NCBI GenBank assembly: GCA_965248535.1
Contig: CBDFJR010000005.1
Span: 192,001-256,000 of the forward strand
Reading direction: 5' to 3'
Origin: Phormidesmis sp.
GTDB taxonomy: Bacteria; Cyanobacteriota; Cyanobacteriia; Leptolyngbyales; Leptolyngbyaceae
Length of the DNA stretch: 64,000 bases
The notes under the pieces were generated by a model. That model searched no databases. It was not told where the DNA came from and saw only the letters and a list, made by a program, of their open reading frames with translations. Positions 29,989-38,337 of this stretch are shown in pieces; the stretch's first letter is position 1, and each line of letters begins with the position of its first letter. A program made the translations under genes and the position numbers.

Positions 29989-30135
29989 AGCACCAACGGC
30001 ACATTTGCCAGCTTTCAAAAAGCAACGCTGTGAGATCTGACTTTTTAGACCGTGATGAGCGTCTGTAAGCCCTAATGCCCCTGGGGAACTAAACACCTCG
30101 AAAACGACTACTGCCTGAGCAGTTTGTAGAGCCTA
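29989..30135 (+). ncRNA. Candidate structured leader / ncRNA, family not identified
   Basis: Five or more short stems packed between the promoter and ATG 30139 (see findings). Confidence 0.4.
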
Positions 30136-30138
30136 GGG

Positions 30139-30567
30139 ATGAACAAAAAATTTGAACAGTGGTTAACGATCGTGGCTTTGGGCAGTTGGGTTGCCTCAAT
30201 GGGGGCACTGGTGGCGATCGGGGTGGCTTCGACTCAGCCTGTGTCTGACCAGTCTGTGCCCTCCTCTCAGGCGGCTCATCCTCTTCTGAGACAAAGTTCG
30301 CGGTTTGCCGCCGTTTTAGACTCGCCGTTTTATCAACAATTGCGGCAGTCTGACCCCTTAGCGAGTTTAGAATCGGGGCGGGGACACTGGCTCGATCGCA
30401 CGTTAGTTACTCATGATCCGCTCACCCAAGATTTCTTTAAGTTAAATCTTGACAGCCAAACGCCAGATAGCCGCTCTCAAAAGCCTTTGGTTGACCCTAA
30501 GCCTGAAACCGTTGGACTGTTAGCCCAGACCTCTGAGACTTGGCAAGATCCCGCTCTACACAAATGA
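30139..30567 (+). CDS. Hypothetical secreted or membrane-anchored protein
   Basis: MNKKF followed by a hydrophobic stretch; no recognised domain. Confidence 0.6.
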   Translation: MNKKFEQWLTIVALGSWVASMGALVAIGVASTQPVSDQSVPSSQAAHPLLRQSSRFAAVLDSPFYQQLRQSDPLASLESGRGHWLDRTLVTHDPLTQDFFKLNLDSQTPDSRSQKPLVDPKPETVGLLAQTSETWQDPALHK

Positions 30568-30600
30568 GTCTGAGCTTTGTCTAGCGGGGATCGACGATTT

Positions 30601-31374
30601 TTAAGCTCTCTGCCGTTTCACCTCATACAAAATCAACGCGGCAGAAATGGCCACATTCAGCGACTCTACGCCCCGACTTAAGGGAATCGATACTTGGCGA
30701 TCGGCGAGATCGGTTAACTCTGGAGACAGCCCTGCTCCTTCGTTGCCCAGCAAAATCAACGTCGGCAATCGAAAATCGACCTCCCAATAGGTCTGAGGTG
30801 CCGTGGGAATGGTTGAGATCACCTGCATCCCTGCTGCTTTGCATTTAAGCACGTCTGCTGTCAGATTAGCGCTCACTGCCATCGGCAATCGAAACCACTG
30901 ACCTGCCGACGATCGCAGCACTTTAGGGTTGTCTAAATCAACACTGTCATCGCTGATCAGCAAGCCTTCTGCGCCTGCCGCCGCCGCCGTGCGGATCATT
31001 GTTCCCAAATTGCCGGGGTCTTGAATCGTTTCTAGCATCAAACCCAACTGAGTGAACTGTAAAGGCTGCGCCTGAACTCGCTCTGCTGTCGCGATCACGC
31101 CATCAGGCTCGACAGTGGTGGCGATCGCTTTCAGCACGTCCGCACTGACTAACTCAACTCGCTGGGCCGTGTCGATCAGGTGTTGCCATAGGTCTGGGTG
31201 CTGCGATCGCCACGCCTCAGTGTGGCAGGCCGTCTCTAACGCAAACTGAGCCGCACACGCTTCTTCTATCAGATGCGTCCCTTCTAATAGAAAAAGCTGC
31301 TGTTCTCGCCGCTCTTTGGCGCGGTGCAGCTTCCGCAATTGCTTGATCAAAGGATTTTGCAGGCTCGTCAACAT
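30601..31374 (-). CDS. TrmH/SpoU-family RNA 2'-O-methyltransferase
   Basis: IQDPGNLGTMIRTA, LGNEGAGL, VESLNVA. Confidence 0.93.
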   Translation of the reverse strand: MLTSLQNPLIKQLRKLHRAKERREQQLFLLEGTHLIEEACAAQFALETACHTEAWRSQHPDLWQHLIDTAQRVELVSADVLKAIATTVEPDGVIATAERVQAQPLQFTQLGLMLETIQDPGNLGTMIRTAAAAGAEGLLISDDSVDLDNPKVLRSSAGQWFRLPMAVSANLTADVLKCKAAGMQVISTIPTAPQTYWEVDFRLPTLILLGNEGAGLSPELTDLADRQVSIPLSRGVESLNVAISAALILYEVKRQRA

Positions 31375-31605
31375 TGGGGTTTAGGAAACCGAGAATAGCG
31401 TAAGGGGACATTCCTCAGTCAGTGAGTTAGAAGGATCTCTGAAGAACTTCTGCGAAAAGGTTAAAACAATGCGCCTGAAGTGATTAAAGTTTCGTTACAA
31501 ATCACTAATCACCCATAAGCAAACTTGCAGCTATCAAGGAGCTTATCGAGCTTTACCAGAGACCCGTGCGTTCACGAACTCCTCAAAAGAGATAGCCCCT
31601 ACCAA

Positions 31606-31689
31606 TGCGGAACCCGGGACTTGAACCCGGAAGTCCTTGCGAACACTAGAACCTGAATCTAGCGCGTCTACCAATTCCGCCAGTCCCGC
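31606..31689 (-). tRNA. trnL: tRNA-Leu(CAG)
   Basis: GCGGGACTGGCGGAATTGGTAGACGCG-CTAGA-TTCAGGT-TCTAG-long variable arm-CCGGGTTCAAGTCCCGG-GTTCCGCA; no encoded CCA; TTGACA-17-AAAGAT upstream. Confidence 0.97.
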
Positions 31690-31886
31690 ATGAGACATTT
31701 GTGCGTCACAATCTACAATCTTTCAGCATATGGGCCCCGCTGTCAACAACTTTTTAGTCGCGGGTCAGCGATCGAGATCACAGCTACACGGTTGACTTTT
31801 GTTGGCTGTCACTTCAAAGTCTGGACATCCGCGATCTTTCCGGTAGAATCAAAACCAAATTTAGCGTCAACCTGGAGGACAAACCC

Positions 31887-33266
31887 ATTACTTCCGCTCT
31901 CAGCCTACCCAACTCTCAATCTTCACCCGAAGAAACTAGCTCAGTGCTTCAAATCTGGGGCAAAACGCCTTTGAGTGGTCACGTCAATATCAGCGGCGCA
32001 AAAAATTCGGCGCTGGTGATCATCGTCGGAGCGCTCCTCTGCCCCCAAGATTGCCGGATTCGTAACGTTCCTCAGTTAGCCGATGTCACCCGGATGGGCG
32101 AGATTTTAGCCGCGCTGGGGGTCAAGCTCACCCAGAATGCCGACGTTTTAGACATTGATGCGTCTCATATCAGTCACACAAAAGCGCCCTATGAGTTGGT
32201 CAGCCAGCTTCGGGCCAGCTTTTTTATCATCGGGCCTCTGCTAGCCAGAATGGGCGTAGCGCGGGTGCCTTTGCCCGGAGGTTGCTCGATCGGGGCCCGC
32301 CCCGTTGATCTCCATGTGCGCGGTTTGCAGGCGATGGGCGCAAATGTGCAGATCGAGCATGGCATCGTCCATGCCTATGTGACGGGGCCCAGCAAGCGAC
32401 TTCAGGGAGCCAAGATCTACCTCGATTACCCCAGCGTGGGCGCAACTGAAACTCTGATGATGGCCGCTACCCTAGCCGAGGGTGAAACCACGATCGAGAA
32501 CGCCGCTCAAGAACCCGAAGTTGCAGATCTAGCCAATTTCTGCCGGGCCATGGGAGCCAAAATTCGCGGCGCAGGCACCAACACGATCGTGATCTCCGGC
32601 GTGCCCAGTCTGCACTCGGTTGATTACAGCATTATTCCCGATCGCATTGAGGCAGGCACCTTTTTGCTGGCGGGGGCGATGACCCGATCGGAGATCACCC
32701 TATCGCCGATTATTCCTGACCATTTGACTGCCGTTCTCGCTAAGATGCGCGACATGGGCATCCGAGTCGTGATGGATAGCCCCAAACAAATGAGAATTCT
32801 GCCGAGTCAGAGCTATCGCTCAACAGACATCGAGACGCTTCCCTATCCAGGGTTTCCCACCGATATGCAAGCCCCGTTTATGTCGCTGCTGACCCTAGCC
32901 CAAGGCGATAGCGTGATCAGCGAGACCGTGTTTGAAAACCGTTTGGGCCATGTGCCCGAACTGAATCGGATGGGGGCAGACATTCGGGTTAAGGGCAATC
33001 ACGCGATCGTGCGGGGGGTCTCGATGCTGTCGGGTGCGCCTGTGGTTGCCACTGACTTGAGAGCGTCGGCGGCGCTAGTGGTGGCGGCGTTGGCAGCAGA
33101 AGGCAAAACGACGATTCAGGGGTTGCATCACCTCGATCGCGGCTATGAACACCTGGAACTAAAGCTGAAAAAGCTCGGCGCTAAACTCCAGCGCGTCCAA
33201 GAACCCTCTGACTTGGAGCCGACGACACCCCCGATCGAGCCAAGCGTCCTGAGTTCACCTGCTTAG
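31887..33266 (+). CDS. murA: UDP-N-acetylglucosamine 1-carboxyvinyltransferase
   Basis: [58 protein letters not shown]; start uncertain (ATT 31887 after GGAGGA, CTG 31872 or GTG 31944). Confidence 0.96.
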   Translation: MTSALSLPNSQSSPEETSSVLQIWGKTPLSGHVNISGAKNSALVIIVGALLCPQDCRIRNVPQLADVTRMGEILAALGVKLTQNADVLDIDASHISHTKAPYELVSQLRASFFIIGPLLARMGVARVPLPGGCSIGARPVDLHVRGLQAMGANVQIEHGIVHAYVTGPSKRLQGAKIYLDYPSVGATETLMMAATLAEGETTIENAAQEPEVADLANFCRAMGAKIRGAGTNTIVISGVPSLHSVDYSIIPDRIEAGTFLLAGAMTRSEITLSPIIPDHLTAVLAKMRDMGIRVVMDSPKQMRILPSQSYRSTDIETLPYPGFPTDMQAPFMSLLTLAQGDSVISETVFENRLGHVPELNRMGADIRVKGNHAIVRGVSMLSGAPVVATDLRASAALVVAALAAEGKTTIQGLHHLDRGYEHLELKLKKLGAKLQRVQEPSDLEPTTPPIEPSVLSSPA

Positions 33267-33288
33267 AATCCGGGACTTGGGTGGGGAC

Positions 33289-33321
33289 AAAAAGGGGCAC
33301 CGTCCTGCTGTGCCCTTTTTT
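33289..33321. terminator. Intrinsic terminator after murA (possibly bidirectional)
   Basis: AAAAA-GGGGCAC-loop-GTGCCC-TTTTTT. Confidence 0.75.
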
Positions 33322-33427
33322 AGGTTGTTGCTTTGAGAGCGATCGTAGAGAGATTCACGGCTTTTCTCTCTTCAACCCCTTGGGCTTATCGCTATACTGA
33401 CGTTGAGAGTCCCTTTTGACTACCTTC

Positions 33428-34300
33428 ATGTCTTTCTCAAAGTCGCTCCTCATTGGCTTAAAGGCGGATCAGTTTCGTCACCCGTTAGATCTAGAAGCCA
33501 CCAACTCGCTGAAACAGCTACCTGGACTGGATCTGCTGATCCGCAATCTGCTGGGCCCTGTGGCAGAACAGTTTTTCTATTTAGAAAATATTGCTTCGAG
33601 CATTCTAGTTGGTGAGCAACAGCTTCCTCAAATTCACCACCTGCTGCTAGAAGCTTGTCAAGTCTTGGATATTGAGCCGCCGCAACTCTACGTGCGTCAA
33701 AATCCTGTGCCCAACGCCTACACCTTTGCGATGCGAGGCAAACAGCCGTTTATCGTGATGCACACCTCGCTGATTGAGTTGCTCACGCCAGAAGAGATTC
33801 AGGCGGTGATTGCCCATGAGCTAGGGCACCTCAAATGTGACCACGGCGTTTATTTGACTCTGGCAAATATTATGGTTTTAGCTGCCGGACAGCTTCCTTT
33901 GGGGGGCGCGATCGCGCAGGGTTTGCAGGCTCAAATTTTAGAATGGGTGCGCTGTGCAGAATTTACGTGCGATCGGGCGGCTCTCCTCGCGACTCAAGAC
34001 CCCAGAACGATCATGTCTGTGATGATGAAGCTCACAGGCGGGTCGCCGTCTCTGGCGAGTCAACTTAATCTAGATGCCTTCATCGCTCAGGCACGAGCCT
34101 ATGATGAGGTGGGCAAAACTGAGGTGGGTCAACTGCTCAAGCAGATGCAGACGGCTCAGTTAACCCATCCGGTGCCTGTGTTGAGGGCGAGAGAAATCGA
34201 TCGCTGGGCCAGCAGCCAAAGTTATCAGTCGTTGTTAAAAAAGCAAGCAACAGGCTATAATAACGAAACGCAATCCAAGGGCGGATGGCGAAACTGGTAG
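33428..34300 (+). CDS. M48-family zinc metallopeptidase whose 3' end overlaps tRNA-Leu(CAA)
   Basis: FRHPLD, PNAYT, VIAHELGH, AEFTCDR, THP....R; the stop TAG lies in the tRNA D-loop. Confidence 0.92.
   Translation: MSFSKSLLIGLKADQFRHPLDLEATNSLKQLPGLDLLIRNLLGPVAEQFFYLENIASSILVGEQQLPQIHHLLLEACQVLDIEPPQLYVRQNPVPNAYTFAMRGKQPFIVMHTSLIELLTPEEIQAVIAHELGHLKCDHGVYLTLANIMVLAAGQLPLGGAIAQGLQAQILEWVRCAEFTCDRAALLATQDPRTIMSVMMKLTGGSPSLASQLNLDAFIAQARAYDEVGKTEVGQLLKQMQTAQLTHPVPVLRAREIDRWASSQSYQSLLKKQATGYNNETQSKGGWRNW
34232..34261 (+). promoter_or_regulatory. tRNA promoter embedded in the M48 CDS
   Basis: TTGTTA-18 nt-TATAAT ending 17 nt before the mature tRNA 5' end; the TATAAT is the Tyr-Asn codon pair. 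Confidence 0.6.
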
Positions 34301-34360
34301 ACGCACCACACTCAAAATGTGGCACCGAAAGGTATGGGAGTTCGATTCTCCCTCCGCCCA
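34279..34360 (+). tRNA. trnL: tRNA-Leu(CAA)
   Basis: GGGCGGA-TGGCGAAACTGGTAGACGCA-CCACA-CTCAAAA-TGTGG-variable arm-GGGAGTTCGATTCTCCC-TCCGCCCA. Confidence 0.97.
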
Positions 34361-34369
34361 TCTTAATGA

Positions 34370-34591
34370 ATGCACAGAGATTCTGATCAGATCGTGCCTG
34401 AAAAGCGTCTAGGTCAAGAATATGTAGGGTTCTACCTACCTGAAGGCAAACGAGAGTTATTCAGGGAATACTGCCAGTTCATCGACAGCAGCATGAAGGA
34501 TGAACTGGAAAAATTTGTTGATCAACAAATCTCTGATCCCAAGTTTCAGCAGTACTTAGAAATGAAGCGGAAACTACAGGAAGGGAGATGA
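34370..34591 (+). CDS. Small hypothetical protein, possibly a ribbon-helix-helix DNA-binding protein
   Basis: Beta-like YVGFYLP followed by two amphipathic helices (KRELFREYCQFI, SMKDELEKFVDQQI); start uncertain. Confidence 0.5.
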   Translation: MHRDSDQIVPEKRLGQEYVGFYLPEGKRELFREYCQFIDSSMKDELEKFVDQQISDPKFQQYLEMKRKLQEGR

Positions 34592-34628
34592 AACGTCTTG
34601 CTCCACCTTAAGTAATTGTCAAAGCTCC

Positions 34629-35951
34629 TTAAGCATTCCAGCGTTTGATCACCTGCCACACAATTTTGGGATGGTAGAAAGCCGCAGGCGATTTTAGAAG
34701 GTGGGCAATCTCCATAAACAGCGTGTTCATGTCTGAATCGACGCTAGTTTGTTTCATTAATTTTTTGACATAGCCACTGAGCAAATTCTCAGCCCAGTTA
34801 GAGCGCGATCGTCCCTCGGTGCTCAAAAATCGCGAGTCTTGCCCAACCGCCAGCATCCACGGAAAGCGGTTGCTTTGAGCCAGCCGACGCTGAAAATCAG
34901 CCGAATTCAGCCTTCCACTGCCTAGCCAATCTCGCAGCACCAGAGTAGACAGAGCGCTAATCGTCATGCCTTGCCCATAGACCGGGCACAGCGCACAGAC
35001 CGCATCTCCTAGAGCCACGAAGCCATCAGGCAGATTTATTTTTTCATAGTGTCGCCAGCGATTGGCGGTCGCACGGTGAGCATAAATCTCAGAAACAGGC
35101 TTTGCGGCCACGATCGCATCATAGAACGCCGAAGATTGAAGACTACGGGCAAAATCTAGAAATCCAGACTCGTCGATCGGGGGAAAGTCGTGCCCATATC
35201 CGCCCAAGGTCGCGATCCATTGTTCGTCTTCAATTTTTGCCAGATAGCCTAATCGCGTTGCGTCGGGCGGCTGCTGAGAGATGAGCATCACCTTCCAGTC
35301 GTCTGCGTGGTGGGCGGGCACTTTATAGCGGCGAGTCGCATAGCCCAAAAACGGATTGACGACAGTTTCTGAGGGCGACCCAAATCCGGCCCGTTCTAGC
35401 CACTTGGGAGCCGCAGACCTCCGACCACTCGCATCAACTACCAAGGAGGTTGGGAGGTGCGATCGGGTTCTTTCAGGCATCAATTCCAATTCAACGCCCG
35501 TGATTTTCTCGTTTTTGGATAATAAGCCCGTGACGCGATGACGATCGACAAACTTGACGTGAGAAAGAGCCGCCAGTTTTTGCCGAATTGCCCACTCTAG
35601 CAGCGGCCGCGAACAGGTGAACGACGCAATAGAAGTCGGCTGATCGGTGCGACAATTCCAAGCGCCCTCGTTGAAATAGTGAAACTCGCGGGCCCAGTCG
35701 ATCGGGATCGCGCCCGCCTGACGCAAATCGTTGCCAATGCCCGGAAATAGCTCTTCTAAAATCTCATACCCTCTCGTAAACAAGACGTGAGGTTGAGGCG
35801 ATTGAGGCACTCCGGTGCGGTTTGCAGGGTGAGTCGGCAAGCGATCGCGCTCGACCACAATCACGGCATCAAAAAAGTCAGCCAAGACGCGGGCGGTGAG
35901 CAGTCCGGCGATGCTGCCACCGATGACCACTGCTTGAGTTAAATCTTTCAT
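34629..35951 (-). CDS. FAD-dependent monooxygenase/oxidoreductase
   Basis: AVVIGGSIAGL, VVDASGR, LGDAVCALCPVYGQGM. Confidence 0.88.
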   Translation of the reverse strand: MKDLTQAVVIGGSIAGLLTARVLADFFDAVIVVERDRLPTHPANRTGVPQSPQPHVLFTRGYEILEELFPGIGNDLRQAGAIPIDWAREFHYFNEGAWNCRTDQPTSIASFTCSRPLLEWAIRQKLAALSHVKFVDRHRVTGLLSKNEKITGVELELMPERTRSHLPTSLVVDASGRRSAAPKWLERAGFGSPSETVVNPFLGYATRRYKVPAHHADDWKVMLISQQPPDATRLGYLAKIEDEQWIATLGGYGHDFPPIDESGFLDFARSLQSSAFYDAIVAAKPVSEIYAHRATANRWRHYEKINLPDGFVALGDAVCALCPVYGQGMTISALSTLVLRDWLGSGRLNSADFQRRLAQSNRFPWMLAVGQDSRFLSTEGRSRSNWAENLLSGYVKKLMKQTSVDSDMNTLFMEIAHLLKSPAAFYHPKIVWQVIKRWNA

Positions 35952-36034
35952 AGAGTCACGATCGAAGCTTTAAGACCTACGCTAATTCTAGAAGGATGTC
36001 TGATAAGTCGCCAGGGAAGCGCATCCAGACCTAA

Positions 36035-36556
36035 GGGACTTGCAATTTAATAGAATTCCGCCTTTGTTGCAGAACCCTTTAATAGGGTTAACTCAAACGA
36101 CGAACCTCGCTGACCGAAGCAAAAAGATTCTCCTGGGACTCTGTTAAATTGCGAGTCCTTAACCTGACGCGGGAGATGCTTGAGCGCAACCAGCGAACAC
36201 TGCGATCGCGATCGGGTTTGCTTCAAGATTCAGGAGATTGTTCCAACAAACTTGAGAAAGGTTGCTTTGTCAGGAGGTTTCTTTCCTGTATTCATAAGTT
36301 TTGCTACAAAAATAAGAGGCGTATTAAAGCAAATCTTATGAATGAAGCTTTGTTGATAGATTTTACTTGAGCGTTAACAGGATTTGTTGACAGAAAAGGC
36401 AAAAATTCTGAATCTGCGCTCAATACGCAATTTTGTCAGAACACATGCTGATAAACGTTGCAGCCAAGTATAGCGATTATTTTAAAAGTCAAGGGAGCGA
36501 ACCTCGCTGACCGAAGCAAAGAGACTTTCCTGAGACTCTATTAAATTGCGCGTCCC
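36035..36556. mobile_element. MITE-like remnant with one left end and two right ends, each flanked by TAA
   Basis: Left IR GGGACTTGCAATTTAATAGA (36035-36054) matches the reverse complement of 36140-36159 (17/20) and 36537-36556 (18/20); 59-bp direct repeat 36101-36159 vs 36498-36556 (52/59); no transposase. Confidence 0.7.
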
Positions 36557-36642
36557 TAAGTTCCTCTCTAGGCAGCAGAATAAACTGAGAATTCTCGCAA
36601 CTGAGATAAACTGTCTATACCTTATTTTAGAAGCCCCGGTTT

Positions 36643-38256
36643 ATGGTTAACCCGTTGTGGCAGCGTCTTCAGTCTTGGGTGCTGTTCTGTTTGTGCTGCA
36701 TTTTAGCCGTGAGTTGCAATCGCGCCACTCCCGATTTGAGTTCAGCCAGTAAAAGTGGGCGAATCACCCTAGGCACCACGGCGACCGTGAGCACGATCGA
36801 CCCTGCCGATGCTTACAATATTTTTTCGGGCAATTTGCTCTATAACTTGGGCGATCGGCTCTATAGCTATAAGCTGGGCACCAGTGAACTGGAGCCGCAA
36901 CTGGCGATCGCGCTTCCAACGGTCAGCGCTGATGGCTTAATTTATAAGATTCCGCTGCGTCAGGGCGTGGTGTTTCATGACGGAACTGCATTTAATGCCA
37001 AAGCAATGGCGTTTTCGCTCCAGCGATTTGTTAAAAACGGCGGCGCTCCTTCGTTTTTGATTGCTGATAGCGTTGACACGATCGTGCCATCGGCAGACTA
37101 TGAGCTAACGATTAAACTCAAAAAGCCCTTTGCTGCTTTTCCGTCGCTGCTGGCGTTTTCAGGAGCCTGTGCGGTGTCTCCTGGCGCTTATGAGATAAAA
37201 GAAGGGTCGTTCAAAGCCGATCAGTTTGTGGGCACAGGCGCTTATAAGCTGGTGAGATATGGCACCGACTCGATGCAGCTAGAGGCGTTCGATCGCTATT
37301 GGGGCAAAAAGCCCGCTAACCAGGGCATTGATATCCAGTTTTTCTCTAGCCCTGCCAATTTGTTTAACGCTTTTCGCACGGGCGCGATCGACATTGCTTA
37401 TCAAAGTCTAGCCCTCGATCAAATTCGGGCGCTGCAAGACAAAAAAGCAGAAGCCGGATGGCAGATTATTGAAGAGTCTGGGAGTGGCATTAGCTATCTG
37501 ACTCTAAATCTGAATTCGCCGCCGTTGAACCAGTTAGAAGTGCGGCAAGCGATCGCTGCCATGATCGATCGGCCGCTGCTGCGCGATCGTGTCTTTCAGG
37601 GGCAAATTGAACCTCTTTATAGTTTGATTCCGGCAACCCTAGCTGTGCAGAAACCTGTCTTTGAAACCTACGGCGATCGCAACGTCAACAAAGCAACAGA
37701 ACTGCTGCAAAAAGCTGGCTATTCAGTCCAAAATCCGCTCAAGATCGAGCTTTGGTATCGCTCTAACTTAAGCAATGATCAAATGGCCGCGTTAACGCTG
37801 AAAGCGATCGTGCAAAAAAAACTGGGCGGACTGATGCAAATTGATTTAAACAGCATTGAATCGACCACTGCCTATAAAAATTTAGAAAAAGGCGTTTATC
37901 CGATTTTCTTATTAGATTGGACTCCTGACTTTCTGGATGCAGATAACTACATTTATCCATTTTTAGAATGCTCTAAAGGCAGTGCCAAAAACGGATGTGA
38001 AGAAGGACAGAGTTTTTCGCAAGGGTCATTTTATTATAGCGATCGGGTCAATCGGCTCCTCGATCGCAGTCGTCAAGAACTCAACCCCACCACCCGAAAA
38101 AATATCTTTACTGAACTGCAAGATGTCCTAGCTCAAGACGTGCCGTTTATTCCCCTTTGGCAAAGCAAAGATTATTTATTTGCTCAAAAAAACCTTCAGG
38201 GCGCTCAACTAGAAGTGACGCAAAAAGTTCCGTTTAGCACACTACACAAGTCCTAA
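36643..38256 (+). CDS. Peptide/nickel ABC transporter substrate-binding lipoprotein (family 5)
   Basis: Lipobox LAVSC, IDPADAY, LRQGVVFHDGT, VGTGAYKL, VRQAIA. Confidence 0.9.
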   Translation: MVNPLWQRLQSWVLFCLCCILAVSCNRATPDLSSASKSGRITLGTTATVSTIDPADAYNIFSGNLLYNLGDRLYSYKLGTSELEPQLAIALPTVSADGLIYKIPLRQGVVFHDGTAFNAKAMAFSLQRFVKNGGAPSFLIADSVDTIVPSADYELTIKLKKPFAAFPSLLAFSGACAVSPGAYEIKEGSFKADQFVGTGAYKLVRYGTDSMQLEAFDRYWGKKPANQGIDIQFFSSPANLFNAFRTGAIDIAYQSLALDQIRALQDKKAEAGWQIIEESGSGISYLTLNLNSPPLNQLEVRQAIAAMIDRPLLRDRVFQGQIEPLYSLIPATLAVQKPVFETYGDRNVNKATELLQKAGYSVQNPLKIELWYRSNLSNDQMAALTLKAIVQKKLGGLMQIDLNSIESTTAYKNLEKGVYPIFLLDWTPDFLDADNYIYPFLECSKGSAKNGCEEGQSFSQGSFYYSDRVNRLLDRSRQELNPTTRKNIFTELQDVLAQDVPFIPLWQSKDYLFAQKNLQGAQLEVTQKVPFSTLHKS

Positions 38257-38337
38257 AATCATCAGACTTGAGTTGAAGAGCGATCGCAACAACCAAACTA
38301 AAAGACAATCAATAAACCTCTCTGTTTGAGTGAAGCC

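Noticed and set aside
29989..30135. Calling the leader a c-di-AMP (ydaO) riboswitch because of the TGAATC nearby
   Set aside because: It lacks the second GGGGNTGAATC half and the CCCGTCAGCTAAC 3' motif; kept only as an unassigned candidate.
31606..34360. Two tRNA-Leu genes as att sites of an integrated island
   Set aside because: They are different isoacceptors on opposite strands flanking core genes, and there is no integrase.
35988..36009. TAGAAGGATGTCTGATAAGTC, resembling a cyanobacterial IS/MITE end
   Set aside because: No matching opposite end found in the window, so it cannot be supported as an element.
36149..36370. 73-aa ORF inside the MITE region
   Set aside because: TTG start lies within the inverted repeat, there is no RBS or recognisable domain, and it overlaps a foldback structure.
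36101..36556. 59-bp direct repeats as a CRISPR array or leader
   Set aside because: Only two copies, ~340 bp apart, longer than CRISPR repeats, with no cas genes; better explained as duplicated MITE ends.
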